Shown here one piece after another: positions 56,641 to 64,000 of a DNA stretch of 64,000 nt. Position 1 is the first letter of the stretch, and each line of letters starts with the position of its first letter. Position numbers and translations under genes: made by a program. The stretch is from Hyphomicrobiales bacterium. GTDB lineage: Bacteria; Pseudomonadota; Alphaproteobacteria; Rhizobiales; JANPGK01. Where the stretch lies: contig JANPGK010000004.1 of NCBI GenBank assembly GCA_031423895.1, forward strand, positions 10,561 through 74,560, read 5' to 3'. A model generated the notes under the pieces. That model worked only from the letters and a program-made list of their open reading frames with translations. It was not told where the DNA came from and searched no databases.

Positions 56641-57474
56641 TCACACCCGATAATACGCCTGCCATGCCGTTTCAGCTTCTGTAATCGATTCTGGCATGCC
56701 CACATGCATCCACAGCCCCTCAAGCCGCACGCCGTGCAGGCGCTCTTGCGCAATCAGCGTGTTGAAAATGCGGTTGAGCGAAAATGCTGACCCCACGTCA
56801 TATTCATGAAACAGACTGGCCTTTAATATCGCCACGCCTGTATACACAAACGGCGCCACATCCACGCCCGCACGGCGGGTAATTGTGCCATCTTGCGCCA
56901 GATGAAAGTCGCCGCGCCCTTCATAGCCTGTGGTGTGGGGCGTTGCGGCCAATAGCAGTACCGCATCCATGCGGGCGGGGTCGAAATAGTGCCGCAAGCG
57001 CTGTAGGCCGCTACTGGCGCCATCAATCCACACTGTGTCGGAATTGCATAGATAAAACACATCGCGGTTGATGAGTGGCAGGGCCTTGGCTATGCCGCCG
57101 CCTGAATCGAGAATGTGGGTACGCTCGTCGGAGATAACAATTTCTATCTGGGGGATTTCCTCCCCCTTAGCGCCGCTATTATGTGCGGCGCCCCCCTCCA
57201 CGCTGCGCGCTGCGCTAGCGCTTGTGCCAAAATCACTGAGTGATTTTGGGTCTTGCTGACCTTGTAGCAAATGCGCTTCAAGCATGTCGGCCAAATAATG
57301 CACATTCACCACGGCGCGGTGCACACCTGCAGCGGCCAGCCTGTCGAGTGTGTGGTCAATCATCGCTCTGCCCATGACAGGCACCATGGGTTTGGGCATA
57401 TGCAAGGTGATGGGGCGCATGCGGGTGCCAAGCCCTGCGGCCAAAATCATTGCGGTGTCGATTTCAGCCACCAT
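56641..57474 (-). CDS. murU: Sugar-phosphate nucleotidyltransferase, MurU-like (N-acetylmuramate alpha-1-phosphate uridylyltransferase family)
   Basis: N-terminus AMILAAGLGTRMRPITLHMPKPMVPV. It sits beside the TsaE/AmgK-like fusion, as in other alphaproteobacteria. It carries a ~30-35 aa low-complexity insert encoded by repeat D3. Confidence 0.75.
   Translation of the reverse strand: MVAEIDTAMILAAGLGTRMRPITLHMPKPMVPVMGRAMIDHTLDRLAAAGVHRAVVNVHYLADMLEAHLLQGQQDPKSLSDFGTSASAARSVEGGAAHNSGAKGEEIPQIEIVISDERTHILDSGGGIAKALPLINRDVFYLCNSDTVWIDGASSGLQRLRHYFDPARMDAVLLLAATPHTTGYEGRGDFHLAQDGTITRRAGVDVAPFVYTGVAILKASLFHEYDVGSAFSLNRIFNTLIAQERLHGVRLEGLWMHVGMPESITEAETAWQAYYRV
57170..57249. repeat. Family-D structured repeat, copy D3 (diverged), inside the murU-like coding sequence
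   Basis: Hairpin 1 is GCGCCGC-N8-GCGGCGC. The core ACGCTGCGCGCTGCGCTAGCGCTTG matches the D2 core at 19 of 25 positions with no gaps. Hairpin 2 is CCAAAATCACT-G-AGTGATTTTGG. Confidence 0.6.
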
Positions 57475-57476
57475 GG

Positions 57477-59051
57477 TTATGCCTTCAAAAATTTTTCATT
57501 GAGTGCGTCCATCAGCCCTGTGGATTTCAGCCATGCCTCATAAGGTGCTAGCACACCGTGGCGCAAATTGTGGCGCAAATAGCCCCACACACGCGGTTGA
57601 TGTGCCTTATAATGGGGCTTGTGATCGCGGATGCACAGGCGTGAGAATATGCCCAGAATTTTGGTGGCGCGTTGTGCGCCCATCAGGGCATAATCAGCAC
57701 GGAATTGCACCATGTTGAAATGCTCATCGCTATCCACCCGCGTGGTGCAATAGGCCAGCAATAGGGCTTGCTCCAGCTCCAGCGGCACATCCACCCGCGC
57801 ATCTTGCCCCAGCGAGGCCACATCATAGGCAAAGGGGCCGTGCAGGCCGTCTTGAAAGTCGATCATGCCAATTGTTTTTGGCATCGGCCTTTCGTCACAC
57901 CAAATGATGTTGGGAGAGTGGAAATCGCGCAATACCAACGTTTCCTGCCGCTGGCTGATGGGGGCAAGCATGTCTTCCCATATCGCTTTGAAATCGGCAC
58001 ATTGCGCCGCGCTTGGCTGCGTGCCCAGCACATCGGGCACACCCCATTGGAGGAACAAATCCACCTCGGCCATCATGCAGGGCAGGTCGTATGGCGGCAG
58101 CGTGTATTGGCCATTGGGAATGGGCAAAGTGCCCGTGAATTTTTGGCTATGCAGCATCGCGAGCGCTTTGGCGCTGGCGATGTAACGATCAGGGATCGGT
58201 GCGCGAGTGGCATCCAGCACGCCCTCATGCCCCAAATCTTCCAGCACCAAAATGCCCTGCGCAATATCGTGATAAAACACTTTTGGTGCAGCGAACCCAC
58301 GGAAATTGAGCGCTTTGGATATGGCCACAAACGCGGTTTGATCCTCGGCCAAATGGGCGATGTGGCTATAGGCAGGGGCGGTGCTGGATATGCCGGAATC
58401 GGGCTTTGGGGGCGCGTCCATTATCACCAAAACAGTATCATTTTCATGCTTTTTATGCAGGCGGGGCGCGCCGAACTCACCACCAATGTGCAGGCGCTCA
58501 TAGCGACGCGATGAGGCATCCCCCGCCATGGGCGTGCGGCGAAATTGGCCATAACCCCATGCATCCAGTTGCGTTTTGAGGGCTAACACACGCGGCAAGC
58601 GCTGCGCCCAAACCCCATGCCCAACCAGTTGCCAAGTGCGTTCACCGCTGGCGTCCATATCCATGTGAATGGCCAGATGATGATCTGCCCACAATGCAGC
58701 GCCATGATCAGGCCATTCCACAAAGGTGATGTGGTGGGGGAGGAGGTCTTCCACGCCCAACTCCTCCACCTCATGCGCGGATGTGGTGCGGTATAAATCC
58801 ATGTGCAGGGCGGGCGTGGTGAATTCGGCGCTATCGTAGGTTTGGATAATGGTGAACGTGGGGCTGGGCACATCGAGTGCTTCATCGCCGCTCATGGCCA
58901 CCAAGCACGCGCGGGTGAATGTGGTTTTGCCCACGCCAAGGTCGCCATACAGCGCGATTACGTCGCCTTTATGCAGGGTTGGCACAAGCGCACGGGCGAT
59001 TGCATTCACAGCTTCGAGGGATAAGTTTGAGAGTGTGGTTTTATATGTCAT
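57477..59051 (-). CDS. tsaE: Bifunctional TsaE (t6A ATPase) / aminoglycoside-phosphotransferase-family kinase (AmgK-like) fusion
   Basis: The N-terminal ~150 aa is TsaE/YjeE (GDLGVGKTTFTR, ...HMDLYR). The remainder is an APH-type kinase (GDASSRRYERL, RDFHSPNIIW, IDFQD). Confidence 0.8.
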   Translation of the reverse strand: MTYKTTLSNLSLEAVNAIARALVPTLHKGDVIALYGDLGVGKTTFTRACLVAMSGDEALDVPSPTFTIIQTYDSAEFTTPALHMDLYRTTSAHEVEELGVEDLLPHHITFVEWPDHGAALWADHHLAIHMDMDASGERTWQLVGHGVWAQRLPRVLALKTQLDAWGYGQFRRTPMAGDASSRRYERLHIGGEFGAPRLHKKHENDTVLVIMDAPPKPDSGISSTAPAYSHIAHLAEDQTAFVAISKALNFRGFAAPKVFYHDIAQGILVLEDLGHEGVLDATRAPIPDRYIASAKALAMLHSQKFTGTLPIPNGQYTLPPYDLPCMMAEVDLFLQWGVPDVLGTQPSAAQCADFKAIWEDMLAPISQRQETLVLRDFHSPNIIWCDERPMPKTIGMIDFQDGLHGPFAYDVASLGQDARVDVPLELEQALLLAYCTTRVDSDEHFNMVQFRADYALMGAQRATKILGIFSRLCIRDHKPHYKAHQPRVWGYLRHNLRHGVLAPYEAWLKSTGLMDALNEKFLKA

Positions 59052-59075
59052 GCAGTTCTATAGACATAATTTCAT

Positions 59076-61589
59076 TCATGCTGCAGCAGATTTTTTTGCT
59101 TTCACAGGCGCTGAGCCCACTTCTAATGGTTTGATCGGGAAATAGCAGTGCACTTTTGTGCCTTTGCCCAGTTCCGACTCAATTTCAATGTGGCCTTTAT
59201 GCAGCTCTACAAAGGCTTTCACAATGGAGAGCCCTAATCCAACACCACGGTGCTTGGTGCCTTGGCCATGGGTGACAAACCGGTCGAACACGCGGGCAAT
59301 TTCCTCGGGGGCAATGCCTTGGCCTTCATCTTGGACGGTAAAACGAATGGTGTCTGTGTTGCGAATGGCTTCAACTGTTACCATTTGGCCAGAGTGTGAG
59401 AAGCCAACTGCGTTGGTGATGAGGTGCGTAAGAATTTGCTGCAAGCGGTGGGTGTCGGCTTCAAACTGGCCAATTTTTTCATCCACCACCACACGCAGGC
59501 CAATCTGTTCAGCTTCAAACTGCGGTTTGAGTTGATCTGTAACCTGCGCAATTGCGGTAACAGGGTTAATTGCTTCAAGCTCGAGCGACATAATACCAGC
59601 GTCGATGGTAACGAGATCAATAATTTCATTGATAATGGTTAGCAAAGATGAAGAGGATGACGAAATATACTCGAGATAATTGGCTTGTTTTTTGTTGAGT
59701 TTGCCTGTTTTTGGGTCGGACAGCAATTGGGTGAACCCAATCACATTGGTGAGCGGGGAGCGCAGCTCATAGGAAATATGCTGGATAAAGTCGTTTTTCA
59801 GGGTGTGCGCAGCTTCAAGCGCCTCGTTACGCTCGGCCAAAGCGCGGCGCATTTGAGTGGCGGCGGTGGCATCCATAAAGGTGAGTAATGTGCCACCATC
59901 GGGCAGCGGCAGTGCCGCCCATTCTAAAATGCGGCCATCGATGCCTTCGGCTTGACCTTGGGCAGAAACACGCTGAGAATTAATGGTGGTGATGTGCGCT
60001 TTGAGAATGCTCCACAGGTTTTTATCTGGGAATGCTGCGCGGCACAGGTTGAAGACGTCTTCCACGCGCATATCAGGCTGAATTTGTGATGGCTCAAGGT
60101 GGCAATGGCTTAAGAACGCGGGGTTAATGAGGCGCAATCGGCCATTGGAACCGAACACCACCACGCCTTCAGTGAGGGCTTCGAGCGTTTCATGCTGTAG
60201 CCGCATCATATGGTTATATTGGGTTTCGATCGAAATTTGCTGGGTGACATCTTCATAGAAATAAATCACGCCACCAGCGGGGTTTGGGTTGGCGATCATA
60301 CGAATGGTGCGCCCTTGTGGCAAATGCCACCAATCTTCTTGCACTGCATCCGCGCGATAAATATCAAGGTGTTGGGTGCGCCAGCGCTTATAATCCGCTT
60401 GTTCAGGCAATAAGCCATGTTCGCGTAAGTGATCGAGAAAGCGGGATTCCGTGGGCTGTTCGGCAATAAAGCTGGGGTTCAGGCCCCATAATTTTTCAAA
60501 GCTGGCGTTGGCAAACACCATTTTTTGGTCGCGCCCAAACACCGCAACCGCCAATGGAATATGCTCCAATGTGCGCTTATGGGCATTGAGCTGGCGTTCT
60601 AAATCTTGTGTGCCCGCCAAATAAGGGGTTACATTGATCGCCATACCCATAGATCCCGCATCGGTGCGGGTTTCAAACACTTCCAGCACGCAGCGGTTGG
60701 AGGCCATCACGCCATTGAGGCGGCTTTTGCAAATGCCTTTATTGGCAATGTCTTGTGCGATCAACGCGCGCCCTTCGCTATCGAGCAGCTCAGTTTGTGT
60801 GGCCACAACACGTTCAGTAGACGTACTCTCCACAGCCTCGGCATAGGCCAAATTCACCCATATTAACTGGCCTTGCGTGTCACGAATCCATGCAGGATGC
60901 TGGCTGTTGGCAAAAAATTGGTGGTCTTGAATCGCACTCATTTGCGTTGTATTTTGTGCACGCAATGCTTGAGATGGAGCGTTTTGCTGGGTGTCAATCG
61001 CTTGAGCCACACGAAAACACACGATAATATCGGCACCTTGCGCGGTGCCCGACGCAATCAGCTTTTGATGAGAGGTGGTGTTCACTTCAAATGAGAATGT
61101 GTCCCCCGCAATGCGCAGCATTTCAATGCCAACGCTCAATGCGTCTTGGTCTGCACTATTGAGCCATTCCCATTTTGGGATGACGAGATGGTTCTTTGGC
61201 AGGTTATCAATGATCTTCACATCACCTAGCACTTCAGCAACGGGGGAGCGGCCAGTCCATATCACATAGATGAGGCCCGACTGCATCAAAGTGCGTTCAA
61301 GACGCAAAAGCCGTGATTTGAGCACCGAAGTGTTCATTTGTGTACTGTCGTGCCACTGCATGCGCATATTGCGCTGTTTCCAATACAAGCTGGCGATAAA
61401 AAATGTAAAACCACTCACACCAACGAGCAGGCCTGTCATAATCGCAGAATAGTCGGGGGCTTGCGCGATGGGTTCGATCGACTGGGCCCAAGTTGCGCTG
61501 AGAGGGGCGCACACTGCCAAGCATAGACCTGTGCCTATGCGCTGCGCGCGTTTCCCCAGTATGCTTCTCTTTGGAAGCTGAATCTTCAT
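59076..61589 (-). CDS. Membrane-anchored multi-PAS sensor histidine kinase
   Basis: Signal/TM segments at the N-terminus, PAS-like repeats, an H-box (HISYELRSPLTNVIGFTQLL) and an HATPase domain (GLGLSIVKAFVELHKG). Confidence 0.85.
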   Translation of the reverse strand: MKIQLPKRSILGKRAQRIGTGLCLAVCAPLSATWAQSIEPIAQAPDYSAIMTGLLVGVSGFTFFIASLYWKQRNMRMQWHDSTQMNTSVLKSRLLRLERTLMQSGLIYVIWTGRSPVAEVLGDVKIIDNLPKNHLVIPKWEWLNSADQDALSVGIEMLRIAGDTFSFEVNTTSHQKLIASGTAQGADIIVCFRVAQAIDTQQNAPSQALRAQNTTQMSAIQDHQFFANSQHPAWIRDTQGQLIWVNLAYAEAVESTSTERVVATQTELLDSEGRALIAQDIANKGICKSRLNGVMASNRCVLEVFETRTDAGSMGMAINVTPYLAGTQDLERQLNAHKRTLEHIPLAVAVFGRDQKMVFANASFEKLWGLNPSFIAEQPTESRFLDHLREHGLLPEQADYKRWRTQHLDIYRADAVQEDWWHLPQGRTIRMIANPNPAGGVIYFYEDVTQQISIETQYNHMMRLQHETLEALTEGVVVFGSNGRLRLINPAFLSHCHLEPSQIQPDMRVEDVFNLCRAAFPDKNLWSILKAHITTINSQRVSAQGQAEGIDGRILEWAALPLPDGGTLLTFMDATAATQMRRALAERNEALEAAHTLKNDFIQHISYELRSPLTNVIGFTQLLSDPKTGKLNKKQANYLEYISSSSSSLLTIINEIIDLVTIDAGIMSLELEAINPVTAIAQVTDQLKPQFEAEQIGLRVVVDEKIGQFEADTHRLQQILTHLITNAVGFSHSGQMVTVEAIRNTDTIRFTVQDEGQGIAPEEIARVFDRFVTHGQGTKHRGVGLGLSIVKAFVELHKGHIEIESELGKGTKVHCYFPIKPLEVGSAPVKAKKSAAA

Positions 61590-61723
61590 GCGAACGTCCC
61601 CGAATCACATTCAACTTGCCTGATTTGCGCGCGTCCGCAAAGAGTCCTTACTCATTATTTACGGTTTATTCGTAGTTTTTTTTGATTTATTTTTATGGCA
61701 TATTTTTATATGGCTTTTAGCGG

Positions 61724-63034
61724 TTATACCACCTTGCGCATTTCGTGAAGGAAATGGTTCACCTCGTTCTTGAGTGTGGTGGATTCTTCAGATAAATTGC
61801 CTGCAGAGTGCAGTAAATCTGTTGCCGCACAAAGGGTTTGCCCCGCAGCATGAGACACATCATGAATATGTGTTGTGACTTCTTGCGCGCCAATAGACGC
61901 TTGCGTAACGCTATTGGCGATTTCTGAAATGGCATGCATTTGCTCTTGCATCGCATGTGCAATTGAGGCTGTGGTGCTATTGACATCCCTCACGATATTC
62001 TCAACTTCCACAAAATGATCTGCCGCTTGGTGTGTTGCGTTTTGGATCCCGCTAATTTGTGCAGCAATATCGCTGGTGGCGCGGCCTGTTTGTGCGGCGA
62101 GCGCCTTTACTTCTTGCGCAACAACAGCAAATCCTTTGCCTGCCTCGCCAGCGCGCGCCGCTTCAATCGTGGCATTGAGGGCCAATAAGTTGGTTTGGTC
62201 AGAAATATCGGCGATGAGCTTCACTACAGTCCCGATTTTTGTAGCGGCTTCGCTCAGTCCGCGCACAGAGTCTTGCGTTTCGATGATACGAGATACAGCA
62301 TTTTGAGTAATAGAGCTTGTGTGTTGCATTTGCTTCTCAATGCAGGTGACAGAGGCAGATAATTGTTCTGCTGCTGCGGCAACAGTTTGCACATTTGCAG
62401 ATGCCTCTTCAGCGGCGGCGGCTACTATTGTCGCTTTTTGGCTGGTGTCGTTTGCGGTGCTGTCCATTTGTCCAGCGGTGCTTGAAAGCGCGTCGGAAGC
62501 GGCCCCTAATGATGAAACGATATTATGCACTTGGGTTTCAAAATGGTTTGTCACACGACGAAATTCCGCAACCTTATTGCCCATCATGTTGATTGCGCAA
62601 TTCATGGCTTTGGCCCCATGAAGCAATGCGCCAACCATCCCCACCTCAATAATTGGGCGCGTGTAACGATTATGTGAAATGGCGGTCATGGCGGCAGTGG
62701 TTTCCCGCACATACGAGTCCGAGCGGTCGATGAGCTCATTGATAGCGCGCATTAAATTGCCAAAATTACCACGTTCATCAATTCCAATGACACGGGCTTC
62801 ATAATCACCCTGCGCAACAGCTAGGACAATATTTTGCAGGCGCTCTATTTTCTTATCGCTCACATTGATATACCAAAAGCTGGCCGCGCTTAATAGCACA
62901 CCAAGAATAAGGAATACAGACATGGATAATGTGCTCAGCACGCCCATTTCATGACCGATTAAATTGGCGAATATTGTCACTATGCTCAGTGTGACACTCA
63001 AGTGCGCCTTAGAGAGAGAGGATAAATTCATCAT
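61724..63034 (-). CDS. Methyl-accepting chemotaxis protein: TM hairpin, HAMP and signalling domain (Aer/CetA-like output module)
   Basis: Two closely spaced TM helices with no periplasmic domain, a HAMP-like linker, and the conserved MCP hairpin tip (..[35 protein letters not shown]..). I preferred the ATG-ATG at 63034/63031 over the TTG at 63064. Confidence 0.8.
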   Translation of the reverse strand: MMNLSSLSKAHLSVTLSIVTIFANLIGHEMGVLSTLSMSVFLILGVLLSAASFWYINVSDKKIERLQNIVLAVAQGDYEARVIGIDERGNFGNLMRAINELIDRSDSYVRETTAAMTAISHNRYTRPIIEVGMVGALLHGAKAMNCAINMMGNKVAEFRRVTNHFETQVHNIVSSLGAASDALSSTAGQMDSTANDTSQKATIVAAAAEEASANVQTVAAAAEQLSASVTCIEKQMQHTSSITQNAVSRIIETQDSVRGLSEAATKIGTVVKLIADISDQTNLLALNATIEAARAGEAGKGFAVVAQEVKALAAQTGRATSDIAAQISGIQNATHQAADHFVEVENIVRDVNSTTASIAHAMQEQMHAISEIANSVTQASIGAQEVTTHIHDVSHAAGQTLCAATDLLHSAGNLSEESTTLKNEVNHFLHEMRKVV

Positions 63035-63590
63035 AATTTGTGCCTTTAAGGGTGAGAATTTCAACGAGTTTTTCTAATGCAGCATTCATGCCGGCATCTT
63101 TGTTTGTGTGAGTCTTTTCAATAGCCAGCAAATCGGCATAAAGCGGTGCGATAATCTGATCGATCACATTGCGCGCGGGCTTGCGGCGGTTTGAATGATA
63201 GCCGCACAGCGTGCCGTCTTTGTTATAGCTGGGGGTAACATGCGCCAACACCCAATAATAATCGCCATTGCTTGACATATTTTTGACATAAGCAAAAATT
63301 TCTTTCTCAGCACTCAGCCAATCCCACAGCAGTTTGAACACACAACGCGGCATATCGGGGTGGCGGATCACGCTATGTGGCGCACCAATCATTTCATACT
63401 CTGTAAAGCCCGCAAGTCGTAAAAATACATCATTCACATAGGTCATTCGGCCTTTGAGGTCGGTTTTCGAAACGATAAGCTCATCAAAACCAAAGGTTCG
63501 CTCCGTATTTGTTGGTGCAATACGACCCGCCAGTTTGCGCATTTTGGGCGGCGTTTTTGTTGGATTTAGAAAGGCAAGTTGAGCACCCAT
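63009..63590 (-). CDS. Stand-alone Aer-type PAS-domain protein (CetB-like input module)
   Basis: [50 protein letters not shown]...[13 protein letters not shown] closely resembles the FAD-binding PAS domain of Aer. Start ATG 63590 has GAGGA upstream. The 3' end overlaps the MCP start by 26 nt. Confidence 0.8.
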   Translation of the reverse strand: MGAQLAFLNPTKTPPKMRKLAGRIAPTNTERTFGFDELIVSKTDLKGRMTYVNDVFLRLAGFTEYEMIGAPHSVIRHPDMPRCVFKLLWDWLSAEKEIFAYVKNMSSNGDYYWVLAHVTPSYNKDGTLCGYHSNRRKPARNVIDQIIAPLYADLLAIEKTHTNKDAGMNAALEKLVEILTLKGTNYDEFILSL

Positions 63591-63854
63591 AACATCCTCA
63601 CAGGTCAATATTTATACGCAACGCATATAATTCACAGCCATGAGCATATGTATATTATGTATAGTGATCTTGATATGAATCAAGTATATTTGAAATATAT
63701 GTGTATTAATCACATATAAATTGAATACTCTGCTTAAATAATGAATTTTTGTTAGTTTTTAATGTAATAATGTTGCTTTTTATTAAATAATAACTAATTT
63801 CTCCCCTTTGTTTCTGAGAGTTAGGGGATTTTTGCTCAATTCAAAATTCAATTC

Positions 63855-63883
63855 TTGACATCAGCGGTTTACGCGCATATAAG
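63855..63883 (+). promoter_or_regulatory. Candidate strong sigma-70-type promoter firing out of the window
   Basis: TTGACA, a 17-nt spacer, then TATAAG, preceded by ~240 bp of very AT-rich DNA (UP-element-like). The downstream transcript is unknown because the window ends 117 nt later. Confidence 0.5.
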
Positions 63884-63968
63884 CGCGTATCCTCCATACA
63901 GAATTCTGCTTGGTGGGCCGCCTTGAGAAGGGGTGGCGCATATCGCAGGGTCATATACTTTTGGGATT

Positions 63969-64000
63969 AAAAACTTGGAATCGCTGCGCGCCAAGTTTTA
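63969..64000. repeat. Family-D repeat, copy D4 (hairpin 1 only; truncated by the window end)
   Basis: AAAAACTTGG-AATCGCTGCGCG-CCAAGTTTT is nearly identical to hairpin 1 of D2 (AAAACTTGG-CATGCTGTCGCG-CCAAGTT). Confidence 0.5.

Noticed and set aside
42792-57249. First impression that the D elements in addB and the murU-like gene are translated in the same frame, since both peptides begin ..PK...
   Set aside because: A codon-phase check of the gap-free core alignment shows that the aligned A (42826 versus 57200) is codon position 1 in addB but position 2 in the murU-like gene. The orientation is the same but the frames differ, so I do not claim an RPE-like single preferred frame.
1-64000. Search by eye for tRNA, rRNA, tmRNA, SRP RNA or RNase P signatures (T-loop GGTTCGAATCC, GGAAGGAAGCAGCC, GAGGAAAGTCC) and for integrase, transposase or phage genes.
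   Set aside because: I found none. The TTCGAA at ~4675 lies inside the repeat spacer and lacks tRNA arms. A manual scan is not exhaustive, so tRNAscan/Infernal should confirm this.

Overview
This 64-kb chromosomal window reads as an alphaproteobacterium. I recognised no rRNA, tRNA, CRISPR array, transposase or integrase.

Gene content:
- Flagellar genes: a Caulobacter-type class II cluster (fliF partial, fliG, fliH/flbE-like, fliN, flbD, then flhA); a hook/HAP cluster (flgE-flgK-flgL plus a FlaG-like gene) behind a consensus sigma-54 promoter; and motAB.
- Regulation and sensing: ChvG and ChvI, which are unlinked here; a PAS histidine kinase; and a two-gene Aer-like chemoreceptor.
- Housekeeping: trpBA-accD-folC, ftsY, galU/galE and argG-leuC.
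- Transport: an MlaEFD-type ABC system, and an RND efflux operon interrupted by a RelE/ParE-type toxin-antitoxin pair.
- The conserved block trxA-addA-addB-murU-like-tsaE/amgK.

The most unusual signal is not genic. At least four families of short hairpin-rich repeats (called A-D here) occur at 13 loci. Six of those loci lie inside open reading frames without breaking them: addA, addB (twice), the murU-like gene, the trmB N-terminus, and the N-terminus of a lytic transglycosylase. This resembles Rickettsia palindromic elements. Family D keeps its two hairpins through compensatory changes between copies.

Other points worth a second look are three low-GC orphan genes with C-terminal membrane anchors, a pseudo-receiver FlbD, and a G9 tract in addA.

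All calls come from reading the sequence and the ORF translations. No database search was run.
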